NCBI GenBank assembly: GCA_964570365.1
Contig: CAZMXT010000004.1
Coordinates: 2,792-66,791 of the forward strand
Reading direction: 5' to 3'
DNA: 64,000 nt
DNA from: an uncultured Pseudomonadales bacterium
GTDB lineage: Bacteria; Patescibacteriota; Microgenomatia; UBA1400; PJMF01
In this document: piece by piece, positions 18,455 to 27,735 of the stretch
Layout of the letters: every line of letters starts with the position of its first letter
Numbering within the stretch: position 1 is the first letter of the stretch
Translations under genes and position numbers: made by a program
Notes under the pieces: model-generated
The model's input: only the letters and a program-made list of their open reading frames with translations
What the model was told of the DNA's origin: nothing
Databases searched by the model: none

Positions 18455-20826
18455 CGTTGGGTTGAAGTCCCATTCAAAATTCTATCTCTCGTAGGTACCT
18501 GGGACGGCCTGGCTGATGGTCTAGGTGAAGAATACAACTGGTTTGGAGTGCAAGCCAGCTTGGGCTGAGTGCCAGCGACAAACAATTCCTCTCTGACCAC
18601 GGGACAGCCGCGACAAGGGAGGGTACCAGTTTTGACACAGATCTGAACTTTCACTAAGCCTTCCGGTGTCGTAAAACGGTGTGGAGCTTCATCACTGAGA
18701 GAAGTTCGTATAATTTTATTCCAGATTGGAGAGGCTCCGGTAATACCTGAGGCAACATAACTCATCGGGGTATTATCATTATTACCCACCCAGACGGACA
18801 CCACTCGGTCGGTAGTGTATCCAAAGGTCCAGTTATCTCGCAAGTTGTTGGTAGTTCCCGTTTTAACGGCCACCTGTTGGTTGGGAATCGTCAGCACTGA
18901 GTTGGGGCCAAAGCCAGAAGTGCGGGCGACGTTATCAGCTAAAATATCAGTGATCTGATAGGCAACTTTGGCATCCAAGGTTTTAGTTCGGACGCACTCA
19001 GTTTTCTCCAACGCGCATGTATTTTTATAGAGTACTTCTCCTTTGGAGTTGCGAACCTCTAAGATTGGGTTGAGTTTGACGGTGTATCCACCATTGGCAA
19101 AAGTGCCATAGACCTGGGCCATCTCAGTCATCAAGATCTCTCCGCCTCCTAAAGTTAAAGACAGACCAAAGCGTTTTCGGTCCTGCCAAGTGGTGATGCC
19201 CATCTGTTCAGCTTTATCAAGCATGGTGGAAATGCCAATCGAGGCGAGGGTTTTCACCGCTGGGATGTTATACGAAGAGCCAAGTGCCTCTCGGATAGTT
19301 ACGTTGCCGTGAAAGCGACCATCATAGTTTTTGGGTGAGTACGGGGGAGAGCCAGCCACTTGGAAGGTAACGGGTTCATCAGCGATGGTGGAAGAGGGGC
19401 TTTTACCATTTTCCAAAGCAATCGCATAGGTCAACGGTTTAATTGAGGAACCAGGTTGGCGGGGGCGCAGAGTGACGTTGACCTGACCATCGTTGGCAAA
19501 GTCAAAGTAGTTTTTACTCCCAACCATTGCGAGTATTTCGCCAGTCTGAGGGGCAGTCACTAAGGCTGCACCATTGGAAATACGCAGCCGAGCTAGGTTA
19601 TCTAATTCTTGAGAGACCAGCTCTTGAGTTTGATCCTGGGTCTTCAGATCCAACGTTGTTCTGACTTCAAGTCCACCTTGATTCACTACATCTTCGCCAT
19701 AGTCTTCGGCGAGTAAATTCTTAACGTACATCACAAAGTGAGGCGCTCGAATGTCTGTCATATCAGGACGGAACTGTAAGATTTCGGCTCTGGCCTGTTG
19801 AGCTTCTTGCTCAGAAATGTAGCGATCTTCTACCATTCGTCGCAGAACTTCGCGTTGGCGTCCGTAGGCCAGCTCAGGGCTAGGACCGAATGGTGAGTAA
19901 ACTGAAGGGGCTGCTGGTAGCCCCGCCAGGAAAGAACTCTCAGCCAGATTAAGCTGGATGGCTGCTTTGCCAAAGTATTGTTGGGCTGCTTCTTCAACGC
20001 CATAGGTGGAGCCACCATAGGCAACTTCATTGAAGTACATCTCTAAAATTTCTTCTTTGGTGAAGGTGCCTTCGAGCAAGAGTGAGAGGAGTACTTCACG
20101 AATCTTGCGCTTGAGGGTTTTCTCTCTACTGAGGAGGGTGTTTTTAACCAGCTGTTGAGTAATCGTAGAACCACCTTGGAGCTTTTCTCCTTGGGAGTTT
20201 TCTCGAACTGCACGCAGAATTCCCTTTATAGAAAAACCATGGTGAGAGAAGAAGTAGCGATCTTCAATCGCTACTGTAGCGTTCTTCATCTGGTCAGGGA
20301 CGGCAGATAAGGAAATTAAGGTTCTATTCTCATCTTTGTAAATGCGGTAGAGCACCTCACCATTTCGATCCAGAATCTTCGTCGTTAAAATTTGTTGTCT
20401 TTTCGTGAGGTCGCTTACTTGAGGTAGGTCTCTAAAAACAATTTCGTAGGTGTAGTGTGCAGAAGCCAGGATGGCTACGCTGATTAAAATAGAGAAGATG
20501 GTTAACCACGGGTGGAAACGAATAACAAAGTAAAAAGGTTGAAGCAGCTCTTTCCAGATGAAGCGAAGAACAGGATTGGGTGGGCGAGGGCGTGTTCGCG
20601 GCCGACCGGGCTTTTTTTTTACCGCTGGTTTGGCTAAAAGCGCGAAAAACCAGTACCTGACTCCCTTTCCAGAAACAGTAGATGGAGTACGAGTTGGGAG
20701 TTTCTGAACCCTATTTTTTTTAGATTTTGCAGCAGTAGGCTGAGCTTTTTTGGCTTTTTTTCGAGGCGCAACTTTGGGGTAAATTATGATCGAATTTTTT
20801 CGCCTGATGGGTGGACGTTTAGCCAT
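18451..20826 (-). CDS. Class A penicillin-binding protein (PBP1A family)
   Basis: EDRYF, GGSTITQQLVKN, RKIRE (transglycosylase); GSSIKP, SYN, KTGT (transpeptidase); long basic N-terminal tail. Confidence 0.93.
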   Translation of the reverse strand: MAKRPPIRRKNSIIIYPKVAPRKKAKKAQPTAAKSKKNRVQKLPTRTPSTVSGKGVRYWFFALLAKPAVKKKPGRPRTRPRPPNPVLRFIWKELLQPFYFVIRFHPWLTIFSILISVAILASAHYTYEIVFRDLPQVSDLTKRQQILTTKILDRNGEVLYRIYKDENRTLISLSAVPDQMKNATVAIEDRYFFSHHGFSIKGILRAVRENSQGEKLQGGSTITQQLVKNTLLSREKTLKRKIREVLLSLLLEGTFTKEEILEMYFNEVAYGGSTYGVEEAAQQYFGKAAIQLNLAESSFLAGLPAAPSVYSPFGPSPELAYGRQREVLRRMVEDRYISEQEAQQARAEILQFRPDMTDIRAPHFVMYVKNLLAEDYGEDVVNQGGLEVRTTLDLKTQDQTQELVSQELDNLARLRISNGAALVTAPQTGEILAMVGSKNYFDFANDGQVNVTLRPRQPGSSIKPLTYAIALENGKSPSSTIADEPVTFQVAGSPPYSPKNYDGRFHGNVTIREALGSSYNIPAVKTLASIGISTMLDKAEQMGITTWQDRKRFGLSLTLGGGEILMTEMAQVYGTFANGGYTVKLNPILEVRNSKGEVLYKNTCALEKTECVRTKTLDAKVAYQITDILADNVARTSGFGPNSVLTIPNQQVAVKTGTTNNLRDNWTFGYTTDRVVSVWVGNNDNTPMSYVASGITGASPIWNKIIRTSLSDEAPHRFTTPEGLVKVQICVKTGTLPCRGCPVVREELFVAGTQPKLACTPNQLYSSPRPSARPSQVPTRDRILNGTSTQR

Positions 20827-20888
20827 GTTGCGGATCTTAACATATCATCCTATATCCATCAATTATGTGCTAACGAAAATTTAGTACT

Positions 20889-22184
20889 TTAATTCTTTCT
20901 TTTTATCACATCCCATAGCTCACGGGAGGCTGCTTCATAGCCTAATGCCCAAATTGCAATACCACCTAAATTGAGTTGATCTACCAGATCCATTTTATAA
21001 GAGAGGGATCTAGAGTTTTCATAATAGAGCACATAATTTTCAGTGCCTCGCTGAAAAACTAGGTAAGGAGAGAGAGCTAACTCATCCCAATTTTCTTTTA
21101 AGTTCAGCACGCTACCTTCAGTTAAGATACCCTGAACTCGCGAAAAACTGGCGGTCGCACCAGAGCCGGGATAGGTAGGAGACAGAGCCTGTTGGTCGGT
21201 AGTCTGCCACTCGTAGCCATAAAAAGGGACGCCTAGAAGCAATTTCTGGCTAGGTACAACTTTTAAAAATTCTTGTAAATGCATCATGATGTCAGTTCGC
21301 CAGTTTTCACCACCACCAAAGATAGGCGCCACTGGACCTGCTACGTTAGAAGAAGCTCGGTGAAAGTCATACGCCATGATCACAATTAAATCTACTTGAG
21401 GTGCAATCGCCGCCACGTCCCAGATATGAGGGCGGGAAACAGCACTGGGGTACATATCGATAGAGAGACGGATAGGAGTTTCCTTTTTGTCAAAGTGAGT
21501 CCTGATTTCAGTTATCAGCTGAGCTAAGCCCTTGCGCAGAGCCGGATCAGGCTCTCCAGCATACTCAATATCAATATTAATTCCTGTAATGGGAAGCTCC
21601 GAGATGACAGAATCTAAGGAACTCAAGAAACGCCTGCGGGCGTCTGGGTTAGGCAGAAAAGCCTGGATATCATCTTTTTTAAATTGAGAAAGGACTAGTT
21701 CTATCTCTGTCCCTTCGGCACGTTCCTGTTTCACCATTTGAGCGAGTGTCTCAGATTTGAACTTAGCATAACCAGGGTCTTTGCTCGACACAAAGCTACC
21801 ATCTTTGGCAATAGTCAGACCAAAGTATGCTAGGTGGGTAAGCTCGGGCTGGAGGACGACTTTTCCTACATTCCAAAAAGGGAGAAACCCATAGACGAGT
21901 TTTGAGCCAGGTTTAGATGGAGGAGTTGTTCGAGAGTGAAACTGAAAAGAAGCGATGGTTGCTAAGGGGGAAACTATTTTTCCTGAGTGGAACCAAAAAA
22001 AAGTAAAGCTGACCAAACTACTGACGATGACGATGCAAAAAACTGCTAGTGGGGAAAGCTTGGGGCCCAACTTTTCAAACAAGTTGTTACTCTCCGACTT
22101 CTTCAAACACGAAGTCGCTGCTGATATCTTGTTGCTCAAAAATGATTTTACCTGCTTCATCCACTGGTCGATTGCAGTTTTCAC
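20889..22184 (-). CDS. Glycoside hydrolase family 18 protein with N-terminal TM (start uncertain, overlaps upstream PBP)
   Basis: GINIDIEY, IMAYDF, LGVPFYG, GGIAIWALG. Confidence 0.85.
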   Translation of the reverse strand: MKTAIDQWMKQVKSFLSNKISAATSCLKKSESNNLFEKLGPKLSPLAVFCIVIVSSLVSFTFFWFHSGKIVSPLATIASFQFHSRTTPPSKPGSKLVYGFLPFWNVGKVVLQPELTHLAYFGLTIAKDGSFVSSKDPGYAKFKSETLAQMVKQERAEGTEIELVLSQFKKDDIQAFLPNPDARRRFLSSLDSVISELPITGINIDIEYAGEPDPALRKGLAQLITEIRTHFDKKETPIRLSIDMYPSAVSRPHIWDVAAIAPQVDLIVIMAYDFHRASSNVAGPVAPIFGGGENWRTDIMMHLQEFLKVVPSQKLLLGVPFYGYEWQTTDQQALSPTYPGSGATASFSRVQGILTEGSVLNLKENWDELALSPYLVFQRGTENYVLYYENSRSLSYKMDLVDQLNLGGIAIWALGYEAASRELWDVIKRKN

Positions 22185-24579
22185 AGTACTCCACTGTAAA
22201 TGGATCTGTCAGTACATTCCGCTTTTCTAGTACTAGCCCGTCAGAAGATTCACCGGGCTTAGGTGGTAAGCCAGTTTCTGGTCTGATCCAAATTTCTTTT
22301 TCAACGTACTGTGCTTGTGAAGGTTTGGACTTTCGCCAGTAAAGCTCTTGATTTTTAACTGCGCAGTTGGGGCCACCACTTTGGGGAGGAAAGCCATTTA
22401 TACAGACGCCGCTAGCAGTCACGTCACTGGGCTTCTCAGGTAAGACGGGTGGTAATCCTCTCAGTACATAACTCATCAGATCATTAAAAATTGGAGCTGC
22501 GCCAGTGATACCAGAAACGAGAGATCGATTCATCGGTGAGCCATCGTTATTGCCGACCCAGACTATGGTCAAAAACTCTGGAGTAAAGCCTACAGTCCAG
22601 TTATCTTTTAAGTCATTGGTGGTGCCAGTCTTGACGCTGACCACTTGGTCAGGAATAACCAACTGAGATCGAGGGCCAAAAGCAGCTGTTCGAGCATTAT
22701 TATCTTGCATAATGTGCGCGGCTAAGTAAGCGGGGGCTCTATTCATGACTCTTTCTAAGCCCTCAACTTCAGTTTCTTCTTCATCCTCAGTTAGAATCTG
22801 GAGCGCTTCTTTTCGGTCAGCTAGGCTCACTGAATCAATTAAGTTGCCTTTGTAGTCTTCCACCTTGAGGATTGGAATTAAAGGAACTTTCACGCCTTGG
22901 TTGGCTAAGACGCCAAACGCTTGTGCCATGTCAATCATCCGGACTTCACCGCCACCCAGAGTTAAAGATAAGCCATAATTACTGGCGTCTACCCAGGAGC
23001 TGATGCCCATCTTGCGGGCATGCTCAATCAGTTTCTCTACGCCAATCAGGCGTAACGCCTTCACCGCGGGAATATTTAATGAGTTGCCCAAGGAAAAGCG
23101 GATACTGACTGGTCCTCTAAACGAGCCATCGTAATTTTTCGGGCAGTACGGTTTTTGACCTGGAACGGTGAAGCAGGTGGGGATATCGAGCAGATATGAG
23201 CCTGGGTTTAAAACTTTTTCTTGGAACGTGACCGCATACATAATTGGTTTGATCGAAGAACCAGGCTGGCGCTGAGAGAGAGTCACGTTCACCTGACCAT
23301 CCTCGGCAGTATTGAAATAGTCCTTGGAGCCCACCATGGCTAGAATTTCTCCTGTGTTTGGTTTCACAATTAAGGCAGCTCCATTGCCAACTCGCGAAGT
23401 CTTTAATTTCTCCACTTCTGCTGAGACAGAAGCTTGTGCTGCTTCCTGCAAATCGAGGTCTAAGGTAGTAGTGACGCGTAATCCACCTTTCTCGACAACG
23501 TCCTCACCATACTTTTGGTACAACATATCTCGGACAAAGAAGACAAAGTGAGGTGCCTGAATATCGGTCCTAGAAATTGCAAATTTGAGTACTTCCTTCT
23601 GTGCTTGTTCAGCCTGTTCTGGCGTAATGTAGCTATCTTCAGCCATACGGCGCAGCACATCACGCTGTCTTTCTTTGGCTTGCTCCGGGGTTGAGCCAAA
23701 AGGTGAGTATCTGGTGGGTGATTGAGGCAGCCCCGCCAGGACTGCCGCTTCTGAAATACTCAAATCCTTGGCTGGTTTATCAAAGTAACGCTGCGCTGCG
23801 GTCTCGATTCCCACTGAGGTTCCACCATAGGAAATATAGTTGAGATACATTTCTAAAATTTCCTCTTTTGAGTAAATTACTTCGGTTGCCATCGAGAGAA
23901 CTCCTTCTTTGATCTTGCGCTGGAGTGAACGTTCGTTGGTCAGGAGGGCATTCTTGACTAACTGTTGCGTAATGGTAGAACCACCTTCTAGGCGTTTGCC
24001 CTGCAGGGTATTTCGGAGCGCGCGGATAATTCCAGCCACGTCAAAGCCAAAGTGGTGATAAAAGTTCTTATCTTCGATGGCAATTGCTGCCTGATAGACA
24101 TGTGGTGGTAAGTCACTGATCTTGATTGGAACTCGATTCTCATCCGCAAAAATCTCATACAGTAATCGACCTTTGCGGTCAAAAATTTGCGTACTGACCG
24201 AGTAGTTTTCAGAAGAAGTCAGCCGGCGAGGCGAAGGGAGCTCTCGTAGAATATAGAGTAAGCCTAAGATGGAGCCGAGTACTACTAAAATTGTTAGGTA
24301 ACGGAACGCTTTATTGCGAACTGGGAAAGTCAGTATTCTGACAAGAAGGGGAAGTTTACGTTTTTTACTGGGCGGTGCTTTCTCAGGTTTTTCCCTTTTC
24401 TGAAAAAAATGAGGCAGCTTCCCAAACCACTTATTTTTCTTTGCTGCTGGTTTCTCCTGAGTTGGAATAGTTGGTGGAGTAGTTTTCACTGGCGCAGAAA
24501 AACCACCCTCAAACATGCTTTTTACATTTGAGAGTTTTTGGTAAGATGAACGACCAGCGTCAGCCGAGTTGCGTATCAT
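22087..24579 (-). CDS. Class A penicillin-binding protein (second paralogue)
   Basis: EDKNFY, GGSTITQQLVKN, GSSIKP, SLN, KTGT. Confidence 0.93.
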   Translation of the reverse strand: MIRNSADAGRSSYQKLSNVKSMFEGGFSAPVKTTPPTIPTQEKPAAKKNKWFGKLPHFFQKREKPEKAPPSKKRKLPLLVRILTFPVRNKAFRYLTILVVLGSILGLLYILRELPSPRRLTSSENYSVSTQIFDRKGRLLYEIFADENRVPIKISDLPPHVYQAAIAIEDKNFYHHFGFDVAGIIRALRNTLQGKRLEGGSTITQQLVKNALLTNERSLQRKIKEGVLSMATEVIYSKEEILEMYLNYISYGGTSVGIETAAQRYFDKPAKDLSISEAAVLAGLPQSPTRYSPFGSTPEQAKERQRDVLRRMAEDSYITPEQAEQAQKEVLKFAISRTDIQAPHFVFFVRDMLYQKYGEDVVEKGGLRVTTTLDLDLQEAAQASVSAEVEKLKTSRVGNGAALIVKPNTGEILAMVGSKDYFNTAEDGQVNVTLSQRQPGSSIKPIMYAVTFQEKVLNPGSYLLDIPTCFTVPGQKPYCPKNYDGSFRGPVSIRFSLGNSLNIPAVKALRLIGVEKLIEHARKMGISSWVDASNYGLSLTLGGGEVRMIDMAQAFGVLANQGVKVPLIPILKVEDYKGNLIDSVSLADRKEALQILTEDEEETEVEGLERVMNRAPAYLAAHIMQDNNARTAAFGPRSQLVIPDQVVSVKTGTTNDLKDNWTVGFTPEFLTIVWVGNNDGSPMNRSLVSGITGAAPIFNDLMSYVLRGLPPVLPEKPSDVTASGVCINGFPPQSGGPNCAVKNQELYWRKSKPSQAQYVEKEIWIRPETGLPPKPGESSDGLVLEKRNVLTDPFTVEYCENCNRPVDEAGKIIFEQQDISSDFVFEEVGE

Positions 24580-24646
24580 ATAAAAGCTTGTAGTTACTAA
24601 TTCGTTGCTCTATAGTGGAGAGATTATCCACTATTGACCATGTTTT

Positions 24647-25141
24647 ATGCAACGTTTCGGAGTGTTCTCTACACAGTCATGGTACCTCAATTTATCACCT
24701 TGGCAACGAGATTTAGTGCGCATTGGTCTGGAGCTGTACGCTCGGGAAGAGCGGATGAAGTCTGGGTATGACGATTATTCTTACGTTGTTTTTCCAATCG
24801 CCAAAGCCTATGAAGGCTTTCTAAAGCAGTATTTTTATGATTTAGGCTTTATTGATTATATGACATATAGCGACAGACGCTTCCGAATTGGGCGGGTATT
24901 GAATCCAGACGTGAGCCCAAGTCGTCAAGATGAGTTCTGGATGTATGGTCGATTAGCCCAGATGTGTGGTGCTGGACTGGCTCGGGGTCTGTGGGATGTC
25001 TGGTTGCAGTGTCGAAACCAAGTCTTCCATTATTACCCAGATAATCAACGGAAGTTGACACTCAGTGAAGCAAGCAACTATATTGAGATGCTTGCTTCTG
25101 CAATGGAGCAGGCGTATCAATGTCAAACTAAGAATACTTAA
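24647..25141 (+). CDS. Stand-alone HEPN protein resembling the RnlA/LsoA C-terminal nuclease domain
   Basis: DYSYVVFPIAKAYEGFLK and the Rx4H motif RNQVFH. Confidence 0.6.
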   Translation: MQRFGVFSTQSWYLNLSPWQRDLVRIGLELYAREERMKSGYDDYSYVVFPIAKAYEGFLKQYFYDLGFIDYMTYSDRRFRIGRVLNPDVSPSRQDEFWMYGRLAQMCGAGLARGLWDVWLQCRNQVFHYYPDNQRKLTLSEASNYIEMLASAMEQAYQCQTKNT

Positions 25142-25169
25142 TAAGTAAATAGTATGTATAATTCTGTAT

Positions 25170-25808
25170 ATGTCCAATACCTCTGACTTCAGCCACTACA
25201 AATACAAAAATCTGACCATATCTGGTATGCCAGGTTGCGGATCTACTACCCTGCTAAACCTTCTCCGCGAAGAACTCAAGTTTGATGGCTGGAAAGGCTT
25301 TAGTGGTGGGGAGTTCATGCGTGCCTACGCCGAGGAAAAGGGACTCTTTAATAAAGATGCTGGGTACCACCACGACGCTCGACATTATGAAGATTCATTT
25401 GACTGGCAAGTTGATATGGGGATGCGTGAGAAGCTAAAAACTCAGCGCAGCTGGATTATTGAGTCTTGGTTATCTGGATTCCTTGCTCAGCAAGTACCAC
25501 ACGTGTTGAAGATCTTGATGGTCTGCAGTGAGGACGCAGTTCGGGTGGACCGAATCGTGAATCGCGATCAAGTAACAGTTGATGTAGCCAAGAAGAACAT
25601 GCAAGATCGCTATGAAGCAAACTTGGCAAAGTGGTCAAGAATGTACAAAGCCCAGTGGGAAGAGTGGGTCGTGAAACCCGGAACCCAAAAACCCAACGAT
25701 CTAATTGATTTTTGGCGTCCAGACCTCTACGATCTAGTTATAGATACCTATTCCACGAACCAGCAACAAACGCTGCAGCTTGTCCTGAATGAGATTAAAA
25801 AAGAGTAA
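25170..25808 (+). CDS. P-loop NMP kinase, archaeal-type cytidylate-kinase-like
   Basis: TISGMPGCGSTT, SGGEFMR, IIESWLSGF, YDLVIDT. Confidence 0.75.
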   Translation: MSNTSDFSHYKYKNLTISGMPGCGSTTLLNLLREELKFDGWKGFSGGEFMRAYAEEKGLFNKDAGYHHDARHYEDSFDWQVDMGMREKLKTQRSWIIESWLSGFLAQQVPHVLKILMVCSEDAVRVDRIVNRDQVTVDVAKKNMQDRYEANLAKWSRMYKAQWEEWVVKPGTQKPNDLIDFWRPDLYDLVIDTYSTNQQQTLQLVLNEIKKE

Positions 25809-26514
25809 GTCCTCGAGCAGACTTCGTCGGCCACCAGCCGTTCCTATTGCTGCGACCACAAATACCTATCCTGCGGGAAAACACCTTGCCTTTATCCCAT
25901 TACTTTCACTGGTTTTTATTTTGTGGGTGTTATATCGTTCTTTATTTCGCTTCCCTGTTTGGTTTGATGAGACAATCGGTAAAGCCGTTTTCTTTGGACT
26001 ACCTGTCTGGCTCTATATTTCCCTGGCTGGTAGTAAATCTATTGCCGAGACCTTTGCTCCCAACCGAATTCATAAGGGCTTAATACTGGGGATCACGATT
26101 GGTGGCTTACTTGGGTTTGGCGGAACTCTGGCGACCCTGCTTCAGCAACGAGCTGTGGTCCAAGCTGCACCGCTATTTACTTCTGATGGGTTTTGGGGTG
26201 AGTTCTTTTTGGCCATGATGACTGGGTTTTGGGAAACCCTGTTCTTTTTTAGTTGGATTATGACCATGATTACTGAAAAGTACCGCAAGTGGCCACTACT
26301 CAATCAAGTTTTACTGACCACCATTATCTTTGTGCTATTCCATATTCCTAATACCTTATTGAGGTTTGAGCTTAGCGCCGTCTTTGGTCAATTTTTCTTG
26401 TTATTTTTCTTTGCCTTAGGTCAGGCTTTCCTGTTTGCACGAACCAAAAATCTCTATGCCTTGGCCCTTTCTCACGCGATTTGGGGAATGGTTTTAGTCA
26501 TCCATACCAAGTAA
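25789..26514 (+). CDS. CPBP/Abi-family intramembrane protease-like protein
   Basis: Multiple TMs; WETLFF (degenerate EExxxR), FVLFH, HAIWG. Confidence 0.65.
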   Translation: MRLKKSKSSSRLRRPPAVPIAATTNTYPAGKHLAFIPLLSLVFILWVLYRSLFRFPVWFDETIGKAVFFGLPVWLYISLAGSKSIAETFAPNRIHKGLILGITIGGLLGFGGTLATLLQQRAVVQAAPLFTSDGFWGEFFLAMMTGFWETLFFFSWIMTMITEKYRKWPLLNQVLLTTIIFVLFHIPNTLLRFELSAVFGQFFLLFFFALGQAFLFARTKNLYALALSHAIWGMVLVIHTK

Positions 26515-26561
26515 TATATTTGACTTTCACCCCCATACTTGATACAATTTTTCCTTGCTCT

Positions 26562-27086
26562 ATGAAAATGCGGCTTTTTTTGTCGCTTCTAGCGTTCCTC
26601 TTTGGAGGAAGCGTCCTAATTATTTCTCTGTTCAGTGCGACCCCAGTTTCATCTACGGGGTTACGTTCTGCTTCAGAGAATAAACTGTACTTTTCCAAGA
26701 CGATCCTGCCTGATCACGTCTTCTATAAAGCCATCATGGCAATGGATCGGCTGCAGCTGGAAACGGCCTCTAGCCATGAACGGATCTTTATCCAGGTTGA
26801 GTATGCTCACCGCCGTCTTGATTACTCTCAGCAACTTCTCGAAGAAGGCAAGGAAGATTTAGCCATTACTACGCTCACCAAGGCTGAGCAGTACTTGCAC
26901 CATGCGGTAAGCGAGGCCAATGAAACGAATGCTGCTCAGTCCATCAAAGATCGATTGAAGAAAGCTGTGGAGTATCACTCTAAAAAGTTAGAAGAAGTGA
27001 AGCCCAACTACACTGATGGGAACAGAGCAGTGATTGATGGAATTCTCAAAGAACACCTCATTTTGATTGATCTCCTCAAAGCCTAG
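26562..27086 (+). CDS. Secreted helical protein (DUF5667-like)
   Basis: Signal/TM from ATG 26562; ILPDHVFY.....DRLQL and A.RRL pattern. Confidence 0.6.
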   Translation: MKMRLFLSLLAFLFGGSVLIISLFSATPVSSTGLRSASENKLYFSKTILPDHVFYKAIMAMDRLQLETASSHERIFIQVEYAHRRLDYSQQLLEEGKEDLAITTLTKAEQYLHHAVSEANETNAAQSIKDRLKKAVEYHSKKLEEVKPNYTDGNRAVIDGILKEHLILIDLLKA

Positions 27087-27167
27087 TCAGCAATTTTTGA
27101 CTGAGTTCGATACACTTTTTTGCATTGACCGCTCATACTCTCCGTGAGATTCTTATTGCCCAGCAAA

Positions 27168-27214
27168 AAGCTATATATAGTAGGAAAATAAAAAATACCT
27201 ACTAGATCTAGTAA
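27168..27214 (+). promoter_or_regulatory. Tandem NrdR boxes
   Basis: aagCTATATATAGtag (27168-27183) and ctaCTAGATCTAGtaa (27199-27214), 31 bp apart, directly upstream of nrdR-nrdJ. Confidence 0.85.
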
Positions 27215-27227
27215 AATAAGGCTAGGA

Positions 27228-27713
27228 ATGAAGTGTCCATACTGCTTTGTAAACCAGACAACTGTAACTGATACGCGTGATGCTGATGGTGAGGCGACGA
27301 TTCGTCGTCGCCGAAGGTGTGATACGTGTCTAAAACGGTTTACAACCTATGAGCGAGTAGAAGGTATTGATTTAATAGTGATTAAAAAAGATGGTCGGCA
27401 GGAACAGTTCAGTAGGGAAAAGTTGCGACGCGGGGTGGTCAAAGCAACGTGGAAACGGCCGATCACGATTGATGAGATTGAAGAGTTGCTGACTGATGTA
27501 GAGCGGCGACTACGCGCCAAATCAACTTGTCAGGTGAAAAGTTGGGAAATCGGCAACCTAATTATTAATAAATTGAAGAAAATTGACCAGCTGTCATATC
27601 TCTTGTTTGCCAGTGTCTATCGAGACTTTGATAGCTTAGAAGATTTTCAGAAGGAGATCGAACGGTTAAGTCTATCAGCTGAGTCACGGAAAACCGTTGA
27701 GGCAGTTGAGTAG
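27228..27713 (+). CDS. nrdR: Transcriptional repressor NrdR
   Basis: MKCPYC...IRRRRRCDTCLKRFTTYE, VIKKDG ATP cone, FASVYRDF. Confidence 0.97.
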   Translation: MKCPYCFVNQTTVTDTRDADGEATIRRRRRCDTCLKRFTTYERVEGIDLIVIKKDGRQEQFSREKLRRGVVKATWKRPITIDEIEELLTDVERRLRAKSTCQVKSWEIGNLIINKLKKIDQLSYLLFASVYRDFDSLEDFQKEIERLSLSAESRKTVEAVE

Positions 27714-27735
27714 TACACATTCGATAGGAGGATCT

